Source: a virus
DNA length: 64,000 nucleotides
Strand: one strand, 5' to 3'
IMG/VR virus record: IMGVR_UViG_3300035181_000829
Span: 26,232-90,231 of that record
The notes below the pieces were generated by a model. It was not told the DNA's origin. It made no database searches and saw nothing but the letters and a program-made list of their open reading frames with translations. The first letter of the stretch is position 1. Every line of letters begins with the position of its first letter. The translations under genes and the position numbers were made by a program. This document shows positions 29,219-40,516 of the stretch, in pieces.

Positions 29219-29551
29219 GGTTCTTTCTCTCTTTCTCTTTAGTTTAGGGGCGTTTGTTTCTTAGCGTTTCCGTAATTAGAATGATATGACGCTGCTAATT
29301 TACCGCAGGATGCCTTGCGGCACAATACGGTTTATGACTGAGAAGACGCGATGATTGCAGCATTTAGCTTACCAAGTTCAACGTCCGTTTCGTCAAGCCG
29401 CCGACGCAGATCGGAAAGCGCATACTTGGCTGGGCCTTCGTAGTGTGGCCCACGTCTTTTCATCATGTCTTCATACTGCGCGATGTTGTCAAGCAGGTGC
29501 AACCTGTTCTCACGAAGCTGATCACGCCTGCTAATAATATTCGCCAGCATA

Positions 29552-29884
29552 TCAGTTGCCGTTGATCGATTTCATGCAGGCGTTATACCACCACGCCTCG
29601 GTTTCGTTTTCGGTCTGCTTTTTCAGATCGTCGCTGTTGTAGATCGGCCCGGCGTAGACCTTGCTGACGACCGCCCGAAGCAACTTGGTCAGGTCCGGGT
29701 CAGTGGAGGTCTTGTCGATGATGTTCAACGTATCAATGATCGACGTATTGGATTGGTGCGCTTTCTCGGTCGCGTTGGCAACCATTGCGAGATTGCGACA
29801 CGCAGTTTCATCCGCGTGAAGCGGGCCGGATACACCGCACATTGCGATGGAAAGCAACACGGCGAATTTGGTAGAACTTTTCAT
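29552..29884 (-). CDS. Secreted/periplasmic small protein
   Basis: Signal-peptide-like MKSSTKFAVLLSIAMCGVSGPLHA; two Cys in the mature part. Confidence 0.65.
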   Translation of the reverse strand: MKSSTKFAVLLSIAMCGVSGPLHADETACRNLAMVANATEKAHQSNTSIIDTLNIIDKTSTDPDLTKLLRAVVSKVYAGPIYNSDDLKKQTENETEAWWYNACMKSINGN

Positions 29885-29913
29885 TGTGGCTCCATTGGGT
29901 TGGGGTTATGCCG

Positions 29914-29950
29914 TGCAATCGATTGTAAGCCCGCTACTAGGATAACGCAA
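29914..29950 (-). promoter_or_regulatory. Promoter whose -10 is supplied by the palindrome
   Basis: TTGCGT(29950-29945)-N17-TACAAT(29927-29922). Confidence 0.65.
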
Positions 29951-32900
29951 GACGATTGGAGGATACTGGAAGTAAGGGTGGAATAGACGGGTTTTCCGTT
30001 CTTGGAACGTCGTTGTAGGGGCTATTTTAGGCGATTTTAAGGCCAATGTCGGTGGTGCCCGCTAGGGTGGTAGCTTGAGAGACGGGAAACCAGTGTATGA
30101 TCAAGCCGTGACGCTTTCGAAGAAGGCTTCAAGCTCTCGGGGGTTGGCATCCGCCGTGGCGTAGTTCATCATCATCGCAAAGGCAATGTAGCCTTTACGA
30201 TGGTCAGGTATCATCCTGAAAACATCGCGTGCTTTCGCTTTCTGACCATTTTCGTAGGCCATGAGAATTTCCGCCGCGAGGTCTTGCAACGCCTCAAGTG
30301 TGCGGTCGTTAACGAGGCCGGTGACACTCATACTTTTATTCTTTCTTGAATGAGCTTGACAAGCATGTCCTTGCGCATGAGCAAGGACATGTCGGCGAAG
30401 TTGTTAGGCCCACCCGTATAGTCCCGCAGTCCATTGCAGGACCGGAACAAAATGTCCTGCGTGTGATCACGCCATGGAGCATGACTGACCTGCACATAGA
30501 GCTTCTCCATGTGCAAGGTAACCTCGCCGCTGACCGCGATGCCGCCTTTGTTGCTGCGAACATCATACGCACCGTAGCGCAGGGTCAGTAACTTGCCGAG
30601 TTCTTTCAGTTGCTTTCTGGCCTCACGATGGAAAGCTTCTTTGTTTACCGGCTCATAATCGCACACTGCGATCAGAGTCTCGTAGGGATCGGCTTTTGAC
30701 ATGACATATCAATCCTTAAATTTGAGCATGGTTCTCGGGTGGTTGCGGATTTCGGCTCCTAATTCCCGCGCTTTCTCGACATAGGTATCAAGATGCACAA
30801 AGGACATGGCATGAACTTCGCCCTTGTCTATCCGAGCCGGGTCGTCAACAGCGACCATCGGTAGTCCGACGCTTTTGATCACATTCGGCATTTTACGAAT
30901 ATCAATGAGCGTGACGCCGCAGTGCTCAACAAGGACGCGGGTCAGTGCCCATTCATCCCACGGGGCGTAACCGCTGTGCGTCTTGTTTTTCATGTGGATG
31001 GTGGTCCCGCCGAAGCCGCACGACACGTAGCAATCCGGCGTCCTGATGGCGTAGCGGATGGTTTCAAGGTTGCTACGAAGCGTCCGGTGCTCTAGCTTGA
31101 CCGCATCGGTAACCTCGCCGAACTGGCGCAGTTGCGCATGATACCACCAGTTCTGCGCTTCGTCTCTAAGCGGCTTGAGGATGCTGGTATTCATTTCTTC
31201 CCCCACTTTTCCTCGTAGTGGCGAATCTCCATCCGCGCTGCCTTGATGTGGAAGATGCGCATCGAATGCGCTTTGCACAGGTATCCGGTAAAAACCTTGT
31301 GCTCGATAAATTCCATGACAGACTCGGGACTGTCGTCGGACATCATCGTGAATGCCGCGAGGCGTTCAACGAGAACGTTGAGAAGTTCCTTGCCGACCTG
31401 ATGGGCAATGTCTTCATCTGACACATCGATGGGGCTAGGTGCCGCTTGCTTGGTTTCAAACAGTTCAACGATGAACTTGTTGAGGTCATACTTGCGAGCG
31501 TGTGACACATGCAAGCAGGCAAGCCTAAGCGCATTTTGCGCTTTGATAATTTCGTCTAAGCTGTCCATTCCCGGTGCTCCGTTGGTGAATGCTACGCTGT
31601 AGGCATAGCGTAGCAATCGATTGCAAGGGGCACAAGCTGATTATATCAGCCTGCTTTGTCGCGGCAGACTTGGAGCGCATTCGAGTAGGCTACAGGGGAG
31701 TCGAACTCACTTACACGGCAGATGAATGCAATCTGGTGGACGATCAGGCGAACAGCCGGATCAGTGTCCTGCTGCACGCCTTCATCCAAACACTCTTTAC
31801 ATGCGGCGACGAGCGAGCGGGCCATGCCGATGGGGTTGACCGCGCCTTCTTGGATCAGCGCTGCATCCTTGAATCGCTGCGGCATTCCTGCCATGTATAC
31901 ACCCCAGATACGGGGGTAATGGTGCGCGATTTCAGTTGGCAGCATCTCACCAAGTGTGGTTTCCCACATTTCGGCTTCCTCCATGAACATTTTCTCATGT
32001 TCATCAGTCTCCATGATGTTCCCGGTGATCATCATCACTGCGGAAGAGAGGGTGACCGACTTCGCCGTGGTCAGCCGACGAACGGTCGATGGTTCGGGCG
32101 CCGGTTGCCCGTAGTTCATGTGACCCGCGATTGCCGCGAGGATTGTCAACGTTTTCTTGTCGTCCATGTCACTACTCCGTGAAACAAAGGTCAAAGCCAT
32201 AGTAAGGTTCCGTGAAGCCCCAAGGGCCGGTGATCTGAAACGAGGCGGCGGTGGCCCACTCAAACGGGCCAGCTTCCCACGATACGCAGTGCTGCGCGTA
32301 GCCGTGTGGCTTCGACTCTGGTTTGTGCCAGTATACTTCACTGTTGGGGTCTTGCCCCACAGCGGCGGAAACTTTACGCAAGGCGAGGTAGGTTTGCTCC
32401 GCTGCCTCTGCGATGGTTTTGCAAGACTTCGGGTCGAAGTCAAGCACGGCGAAATCATAGAGACGGTCATAGCCGATGGCGGGATCGAACCGAAGTTCCT
32501 TGATCTTGACAGGCATATTGGTTGCTCCGTTTATATGCGCGTGCTTATAGGCTAGCTGCTTGCCTCGTCCGTTGCAATCGATTATAGCGTCTCATTGTAG
32601 CCTGCCGCGTAGATTGTGCGCGCATACTCAACGAGCACATCGATGCGTTTGATCATCTCTTGGAAGGTGGCAATATCTTCCATTCGCGCGTTCCAGCCGT
32701 TCTGCGCAGTTTGGTAGTTGCGACCATGCAGAACATCTCTGTAGATAATATTCATGGCCGCTCGGCAGGTAGTGGTAGCTTCTAGAAGAAGGTGCGCCGC
32801 GCAGCTAAAATCAGCAGTGGTGTTGCCATTTAGCTTTGGGCGCGCATTGATATTGACCTGCATTAACGTTACTCCGTTGCGGTTGAATTAAGGAAATCGT

Positions 32901-35212
32901 TCAACCGTGCCAGTGTCAGTTCTTTCCCGAGAATGATCTTGGCGAGGGCTTCACGTTCCTTCCGCAGAAGCCCGTAGGTTGTGATGACGATTGCGTCATC
33001 AGGCGGTGCCTTACCATCGTCCGTTGGTGCCAGCAGCTTGAAGATGGACGCCCGCAGTATCGCGGCCAGAACCTTATCGCTGACGGCCTTTATGTCAACA
33101 TCGACGGTATGCGGTTCTTTCTTGGGCGCTTTGACCTTGGGTTCTTCCGCCTTTATGGTAAACCCTTTCTCAGTCGCAACAGCAATAATCTTCTGGATCG
33201 CAAGGCTCTTGGCTTGGGATACCTTACGAATGTCTGCCATTGTAAGGTAACCAGCGGCGTCGAACTTGCTCCGCAAAGCTTTCACGATTTCTCGTTGTCG
33301 TGTCGATGTGAGTTCCATCATTTCAAAAGTATACCCGCCGCGTGTCGTCGTCAGGGTTGGGTGCCATCTTGTCGTAGTCGAAGGACCATGCTTGCGGAGC
33401 CTCTGCCTTGCCGATGTAGCGAAAGCCCCTGTAGCGCCCGCGCTGATGCAGGATGCTTTCAACAAAGCTGGTGATAGACCTCCTGTAGAGAATCGACTCC
33501 GGCGACGATCCAGCCAGCGAGAGGTTCATCTTTTCGATAAGAAGGTCGAGAGAGACAGTCTTATTCTTTGCCATGATTGCTCCTTAGCCTACTCGGGGCC
33601 ATACGATTTCCGGCATGACGTAGCCCGCGAAGATGCCACGATGTTCCTCCGAAAGCTTCTTGAGCTTCGCGCGGTTTTCATCATTCAACGCATTCGCAAC
33701 CACGCGATATGCGCTGGCAGTGAAGGTATCCACCATGAGCGGCCCGCTGGGAAATTCCCATCCTTCGGTATGAAACCCTTTGTGAAATTTCCACTCCCCG
33801 TCGATGAACCCACCTTCTACGGGCCACACGTAGCCAGTGTAGTCGGACTGTGCCATGAGTGCTTCATGGGAGAAGACGGTGATGAGCCGTCCGCCTTTGT
33901 CTTTCCATGTGTGTGTTGTTTCGGTCATCTCTGTCCCTCTGCTCTGTCGTGGATCGGAATGGCAACGCGCATCTTCACCCCGCACAATTTTTCAACAAGC
34001 TCTCCAAATCGACTGTCGCTGCAATCGACGTAGTTGCCGCCGAACATCGTCCACTTATCGCTCGCAAGGTCGTCCTCGGCGATGGCGTGAACAACCGTGA
34101 ACCCGCAGAGGTTCACGGCGACAAGTCTTACCGCCGGGCAACTTGGACTTGGATGAAATGGGCCGTCTGCGTTCGTAATGCAGCAGGTGACGAAACGGCT
34201 GGACCACCCGTTGAGGGTTGTGTCAACTCGTTTGTCGCGCATGTCCTTGTGCGAAAGCACATTAGCAATAAGTCCCATGCTAGGCTCCGTTGGGTAGTTG
34301 CTATGCAATCGATTGTAGGGGATTGCCAACTACGGCGCTATAATAAAGCGCGCTACTTACCTAGGTATTTGCTTCTGTCGTCAAGGATTTGATTCGGCAA
34401 TTCGTGCAGCTTACCTAGGTGCTCCCACTGCACCATTATGTATACGCCCTTGAATTCCAGATACGTAACATCATCGAACGTAAGTATATAGGAAGCTAGC
34501 GCGCGTGCGTTTTTGGTCATGCTCTTGGTGATTGGACGTTCACCTTCCGTAGTATCCCACACATCTTTGAAGAACAGGTTGCGTTTCGGCGTGAACACGA
34601 TGCTGAATGACTTGCCCCATTCAGTAAGATGATGTGTCCAAACTTCTTGCCGAAACGCATGGTAGTTCTTTGGCCGTGGCCTGATTATGTCGGAAGGCCG
34701 GATGATACTCACGGCGCTGTAACCTTGTCGAAGGCTTCCTGAGCCGCAGCTTGCATGATGTAAGTGTCAACGAGTCGCCATGCCAACGAGGGTGGTGTAT
34801 CTTCGAGCATGTTGACGGTAACGACATGGTAAAGATGACGACTGCCATGCGTATCGCCCGTTGACTCGCCCGTTGGGCCAAAGATCGCGCAAAGTGTGAA
34901 CGTGTTCGGCATCACCTTCCATGCAGACGCCTTGATGAATGGGGTGCCACGGTAATGCGGAATCGGGAAAAACTGCGTTTGGCCGAACACCTCGTCATCA
35001 TCCTCGCCAACGAGATAATCGCTTTTGTTCGGATTGCCCTTCATCGGGCGAAGGAGGGCTTTGAAACCATCCGGGCCGCGAACGAACCGCACAATACGGC
35101 TCGGCCCTGTCATGGTCGGCACATTCGAGTAGCGGTGAAAAATAACATCGCTAACCGTCAGATCGGTAAAGTTCTTGCGCATCGTTTAGCCCCGCGTGTT
35201 TGCTACTCGCAT

Positions 35213-35250
35213 ATATTAGCACGGAAGCACTATCGATGCAATCGATTGTA
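35213..35250 (-). promoter_or_regulatory. Promoter whose -35 is supplied by the palindrome
   Basis: TACAATCGA-TTGCAT-N17-TAATAT with extended TG. Confidence 0.65.
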
Positions 35251-35512
35251 ACGTTACTATTTACGCGGTTTACTGCCTAAAAGTTTCATTAGCAATTCGC
35301 TTTTCTCCGCGCGATGAACAGGTGTCACCTTCTTATGCTAAACTGGCCTTGGAGGAACCAAACAAAGCGAGTATCAACATTGATAACATCTTGCTATCCA
35401 TTATCAGTTTCTTCCGCGTTTACTACATCATGAGTTATCAAAATTCATTAACTATCCATCTTCTACGCTTTTTGGCACATCGTCATTGGTTACAAAAAAC
35501 CATTAACTAATA

Positions 35513-37364
35513 TCAAATATCAGACATTGCCTTGTCGAGAATCTTGTAAAATTTGCTGGCACCATCTATATCGCAGCCAATTGTCGATTCGATCTGTCTG
35601 GCGTTGAAGAAAAGCGTGTCTAGCACGTAAGCACGATGTGTGCCTTCGGTGGGTTTGAAGCGTCCGCTTGTAACGCATTTCATTGCACCAAGCAATGCTG
35701 TCTCAAGCTGAAACTTCATAACTCTGCGCCCTACCTTGATGCGTTCATGGTTCACTACCCGCAGCATCTCTTGCATGACGTTCTCTGGCTGTCTGTCAAG
35801 GTAATGCGAAATTACTTGTGCGATGTGCTGGATAGTCGGATTGTTTTCCGGCTTCTCGCCGTTGCGAATGGCGATTTCTTTAATGATGATGGCAAGAATA
35901 ATAAGGCCGAGAATGAACCGACATTCCGTTTTGCGCTCGGGTGATAGCTGGGTTTTCATGGATGATGTGTGCCGCGCGCTGCAATCGATTGTAACGCGCG
36001 GCACGCTCCTTATTCGTCGGTATGTTCGATGGGGGTCGGGTGCTCGGCGTAGAAGTCAGGATCGACGCGCGGGTGCATTTCCCCGAGAGCCTGTTGCTCG
36101 ACTTCGGCGAAACTCACTTCCTTGTGGGCTTTCGCTTCTTCGAGCGTTTGGTAAAGCTCGACCGCGTATTCCGTGCTGACCGAAAGATCATACACGCCAT
36201 ATCCCGTTGTGATCGGCGGATCATTTTTGGGATTCAAAGCGACGATCTTTTCCCTCGTCGTCTGCGTCGGGTAGTAGTGAAACTCGCTATCGATCGTCAC
36301 GCGATAGAAGTCTCCAAGCGAGATAATCAGTGGCATCATGTATCCTTTCATAGATCAAAGATGCGGAAGTCTGGGACACTTTTCAAACGTTGTATGGTGA
36401 GGAACGAGTAGATCATCAGGCACCGCATCGCCGGATTGGAGTGTATCAAAACCATACCGCGTTGCTGTGTATAGTTCAAGACATGAGTTGCACGGATCAA
36501 GACATGCTGCGTATTCACGACCGGCTCGAACTCGTTCGCGATCCGCAAGTCTTGCCCTTGCACGAAGTAGTGCTTCTGTAAGAGGCCGCTCTTGATGAAA
36601 TTGTCTGTGAATAGCTCCGTTGGCATAAGCTTGTTCGGCGATATATAATCTCTTACAATTCGTAGGCGGAAGTCAAAAGGCCACTTTGCGGTATCTGGTG
36701 GAGTTCGGACATTGATTATCCCATCCTCCACGAAGACGTATGTAGATTGCTCAAGATCACTTCTCTTGCGAATAGCCATTGGACCCCACCGTTTCGCTTA
36801 GAACCTGAACTCCGGTTCGTCGTTAATGAGTGACGCTTTTTCCCGCGCAAGCTGCAACAGCGCGCCGACGATTGCAGCGTTGATATTTCGGCCCGGAAAA
36901 AGCGAAGTTACCTTTTCCCCGCGCTCGTAGACAAGAGCAACGGCAACAATGGCATCTGGCATGAAGTCGAAATCGCCGACCGGCCACTGATGCGATTTCG
37001 GGGTGATCGCAAGCATGTCAAACCCCATCGCGAGAGGAAGCAATGTGAAATTCACGTTGATGTTCATCGCTAACGACACATTGTAGAGTGGCGATAGTTG
37101 CAGATACTCCGAGATGATTTCCTGAAACAGAAGATCGAAGGTCGGATCATCAAATGCTTCCTGTATAACGCAGGATAGCATTTCTTCGATTCGGGCGTCG
37201 ATTACCTGATCATCGACAAGTTTGATGTAAGGCCTGCTGTAGTCCATTTGCCCCTCTAATACCACATTGAATCTGTGTGCGCCCACAACCATTTTGGAAT
37301 CCACTTGGCATCCCCCCACTTGCAATCGATTGTAGCGTGTTGGCGGAACGCTAAATGACGCCAT
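35513..37364 (-). other. Four hypothetical ORFs (35513.., 36010.., 36348.., 36798..)
   Basis: ORF track, tightly packed. Confidence 0.65.
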
Positions 37365-38611
37365 GCAACGCCATGATACGCTCCGCAGTAACGAAAGTCT
37401 ATATCCGTCTGATCCGCGCCGGGCCTTAATTGGATTGCCCCATATTGGCGCATTTTCGCCTTACCCTCCCACGTATGGTTGTCGTTAGCATATAGTGGAA
37501 CCCGCCGCAGGTCCGCTAGCGGGGCGCGATAGCGTGTAGGGTTGTTTATTAGCCGCTTGTGGTCCGTTGGCGCTAGGCTACGCACCGTTGCGGCGCTTTC
37601 CCCGCTTAGGGCATCCGCAAGCGCGTTTATCTCGTGGTAGCCGGGGGCACCGTAGTTCTTGTTGCGTTCGGTTAGCAAGCCGACAAGCTGCATGGCATAG
37701 TCGTGATCTACCTCGAATTTATTCGGGTGTTCTCCGTTAAGCACGTCGATCAACACGTTGTAGATTTGCACCCGCAACTTGAAGTGCCCGTCCTCGGTTC
37801 CTTCTGGATTCTTGGTTTTGTAAATCCCTTTTAGCCCTTTTTGAACGAGCACCCGGTCACCTTTGGCAAACCCTAACAGCAGCGTAGCTTCGAGCCTACC
37901 GCGTTCGCTGCAATCGATTATAGAATGCCCCTTGGCAACATCTGTGCCATAGTCCTTGATAAGTTCCGCATACCCGCGCATCTCGTCAAGGAAAACTTCT
38001 AGCCTTACCGGCAACTCCCATTTTTTAGGGGCAGCGGTGAAGCGGGCGACCGCGTTATACATTTCAGTGGCCGTGACCGAACGACCTTTGGCTGAAAGCT
38101 TCAAGATATGTGCGAGCAAAGGAAGATCGCGCGTTTCCTCGAAGACGATGTTGCGCAGATAGGTGATAACACCTTGCTTGCCGCGATGCGCTATCATCAC
38201 ACATGCCCAATATTTCGCGGCTTCGATTTGACCCCGCCGCATTTCCTTGTGCATGGCGGATACGGCAACGAAAGGGTTGTATCTTTTGCCTAGCTGAATT
38301 TCATATTCATCATACAACGATTGGTCGCCGGTAATATCGATGAGGGAGGCTAACGCCCGCATCTTATGTGCGCACCACGGCGCTGCCATCCATCGTTTTC
38401 CTGAGAACTTGAACGCCGCGCCATGTTGGCAATCGCATTCGTTCGTATCGAAGTTCACAGTAAATTTCATGTTCTGGTCGCTACCGTTTACGATAGCTAC
38501 CCCACGCAGCGCCGGATTCGGCGGCACATAGGCCGGTGGGTTATCTTGGGGCATTTGGCATTGGCTCGCTATAGGTGGTGTAAGCTTATCGTGGGCCGTC
38601 AATGCTTGCAA
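37256..38611 (-). CDS. SWIM Zn-finger plus RarA/MgsA C-terminal-like helical domains
   Basis: CDC...WCAH (SWIM); VSAMHKEMRRGQIEAAKYW resembles the RarA SAxxKSxRxxDxxAAxYW motif; VPLYANDNHT..GK; no Walker A seen. Confidence 0.65.
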   Translation of the reverse strand: MQALTAHDKLTPPIASQCQMPQDNPPAYVPPNPALRGVAIVNGSDQNMKFTVNFDTNECDCQHGAAFKFSGKRWMAAPWCAHKMRALASLIDITGDQSLYDEYEIQLGKRYNPFVAVSAMHKEMRRGQIEAAKYWACVMIAHRGKQGVITYLRNIVFEETRDLPLLAHILKLSAKGRSVTATEMYNAVARFTAAPKKWELPVRLEVFLDEMRGYAELIKDYGTDVAKGHSIIDCSERGRLEATLLLGFAKGDRVLVQKGLKGIYKTKNPEGTEDGHFKLRVQIYNVLIDVLNGEHPNKFEVDHDYAMQLVGLLTERNKNYGAPGYHEINALADALSGESAATVRSLAPTDHKRLINNPTRYRAPLADLRRVPLYANDNHTWEGKAKMRQYGAIQLRPGADQTDIDFRYCGAYHGVAWRHLAFRQHATIDCKWGDAKWIPKWLWAHTDSMWY

Positions 38612-38612
38612 G

Positions 38613-39194
38613 TTAAATTAGACTACCATCTACCCATCTTACGCCGAACTTATCGGTATTTTCAAGCATCTTCGTTTCGATACGGTCGGCATAGTAACTC
38701 TCAAGGAACTCAGTTCCCCGCCGCACCATTTCAATGTGGTGCTCCCGCGTTTTCATAAACTGCATGACACCATTTTTCTCTAGATCACGTAACGCAACAT
38801 CTAGCGCATATATCGTGAACAAGGACCAGTGGTGTGCTGCAACTGACCGACGACGAACAATATCAAAAGGATCAGGTAGAATGTGCTTCTTGAAGTAATT
38901 CGCGGAATTTACTGACAAGCCGTAGCGCAAGGCTATAGCTTTCATACTATACAATGGTGTTATGTAGCCCGCATCAACGCTAGGTAGTGAAGCGTTATCT
39001 ACCCATTTATGCGAGCGCATGAAGGCTCCAATGATCGGGCCTTCGCTTTTGTAGAAGTCTGCATCGTTATGTAGGGGATCAACGTGGCGTAGATACCTAG
39101 GCACCCGCACTTGCTTGCGAACCCAATGGTAGTCTTCCCACCACATACGCTTGAGTGGCATAAACCTAGGCATCGTAACCGATCCCTTTGACAT
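38613..39194 (-). CDS. MerR-like HTH protein
   Basis: YSMKAIALRYGLSVNSANYF.KHILPDP. Confidence 0.55.
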   Translation of the reverse strand: MSKGSVTMPRFMPLKRMWWEDYHWVRKQVRVPRYLRHVDPLHNDADFYKSEGPIIGAFMRSHKWVDNASLPSVDAGYITPLYSMKAIALRYGLSVNSANYFKKHILPDPFDIVRRRSVAAHHWSLFTIYALDVALRDLEKNGVMQFMKTREHHIEMVRRGTEFLESYYADRIETKMLENTDKFGVRWVDGSLI

Positions 39195-39199
39195 GAATG

Positions 39200-39223
39200 A
39201 AGGGGCGAGTTTCCCCGCCCCTT
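39200..39223 (-). terminator. Hairpin terminator abutting the palindrome at 39223
   Basis: AAGGGGCG-N8-CGCCCCTT. Confidence 0.6.
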
Positions 39224-39242
39224 ACAATCGATTGTAGCTGGA

Positions 39243-40403
39243 TCAGGCCGCTTTCTTGGTCGTGGTCTTGGCCGGGGCCTTTTCCGCTTCCGCCGCTTGC
39301 CGCTGCTTCGCCATGACCTTGACCTTGGCCGCGATCTTTTCCTTGTGTGCCTTGGTTTCGAGATGCTCGGAAGCCCATTCGGAGCAGATGCGTTCGATCA
39401 TCATGTCAGCGGACGCGATGCCGAATTGCGTCATGCCATACTTGATCGCCAGTTCGACCGTTTCCGCCGCCGCTTCTTCCAGCTTGAAGATGATCGTTTT
39501 CTTGGTGATCACTTGCCGCGAAGCCGCGCGCCCGGAGGCGGTCGTTCCCGCCGCCGTTTCATACTTTTCTTTCAACACCATCGGCAGGTTGTTCTGGGTC
39601 GATTCGGCGGCGAGCGCCAGAACTTCTTCGACGTTCTCGGACGTGACGAACCGTTCAGCAATCGAAACCTTCGACCAACCGATCCCACCAAGCGCCGTCG
39701 GATCGAACCCTTCGAGCTTCGAGTAGGTCAGGTAGATGCGCGCGAGCGCCCGGCCCTTCGACGCCTTGAAGCCGAACTCGGTCTGGCAAAATTCGTTGAA
39801 GGCGTCTTCGCCCTCGTATTCACCGCCATTCTCTTTCAGGTGCGCGCCGGTTTGGAGGATGATGGCGAGCGAGCCGCCCATCCAGAAATAGCTTTCGGCG
39901 ATTTCCGAGTTCAGGGCGCGGGCGACTGCAATCGGGTCTTCGGAATTGTCGTCCATCAATTCTTGCAGGTGGCCGACGACCGTGACGGGCATGTAGGCAT
40001 CCTGTGCCTTTTCGAGCGCGCTGCCTTTCAGTTCGCGGACCTCATTGTGGGCGACTTCGCCGCCATCGACGGCATCTTCACCGTCCGAGAGATAGGCCGC
40101 GACTTCATCGGCCTTGCAGGCCGCGTAGCGCACGCTGTCGGCGGTTTCTTCGACCGAGATGATATACAGCACTTGGTCTTTCTCGAAGACCCGCTCGTCC
40201 TGCGGCAGTTCGGTCGCGTAGCCTTGGAAGGTAACAAACGTGTGGGCGTCCAGCAGCTTTTCCGGCTTCTTGGAAGACGGGACGACTGCGGTCGATTCGG
40301 CGGCTTTCGGCGCAGCGGCCTTGCCTTTGGCGGCGGTGCCTTTCGATTTGGCCGAGGCGGTTGCCTTCGCCGCAGGGGCTTTCGTGCGAGGGGTGGTTGC
40401 CAT
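39243..40403 (-). CDS. Probably abundant DNA-binding protein with Lys/Ala tails and a DUF3102-like HTH core
   Basis: Histone-like termini; F.MG..L...G.F..FC..EFGF....RALARIY...IGWSK; strong GC3 bias. Confidence 0.7.
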   Translation of the reverse strand: MATTPRTKAPAAKATASAKSKGTAAKGKAAAPKAAESTAVVPSSKKPEKLLDAHTFVTFQGYATELPQDERVFEKDQVLYIISVEETADSVRYAACKADEVAAYLSDGEDAVDGGEVAHNEVRELKGSALEKAQDAYMPVTVVGHLQELMDDNSEDPIAVARALNSEIAESYFWMGGSLAIILQTGAHLKENGGEYEGEDAFNEFCQTEFGFKASKGRALARIYLTYSKLEGFDPTALGGIGWSKVSIAERFVTSENVEEVLALAAESTQNNLPMVLKEKYETAAGTTASGRAASRQVITKKTIIFKLEEAAAETVELAIKYGMTQFGIASADMMIERICSEWASEHLETKAHKEKIAAKVKVMAKQRQAAEAEKAPAKTTTKKAA

Positions 40404-40456
40404 GATATTCCTCCGATGGGATGATGTGGCAGGGGTTGTTTTGCAGTAGTGAGCTT

Positions 40457-40507
40457 ACGTTAGAAGCGTGTCGCGGGTTTGTCAAGCGGTGTTTGCAATG
40501 GATTGTA
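40457..40507 (-). promoter_or_regulatory. Strong sigma70 promoter with a palindrome variant upstream
   Basis: TTGACA(40485-40480)-N17-TAACGT(40462-40457); TGCAATGGATTGTA at 40494. Confidence 0.75.
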
Positions 40508-40516
40508 GCAAATGTA

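Larger units (their letters stand above)
24445..35182 (-). other. Accessory region of about 28 small hypothetical ORFs
   Basis: Densely packed minus-strand ORFs of 60-190 aa, several with their own palindrome-linked promoter and ACGGAGC RBS. Confidence 0.7.

Noticed and set aside
39297-40424. Long + strand ORFs (also 43561-44499, 58953-59927, 62816-63730, 18299-18961, 19587-20279)
   Set aside because: Antisense shadows of codon-biased minus-strand genes; no RBS or recognisable motifs
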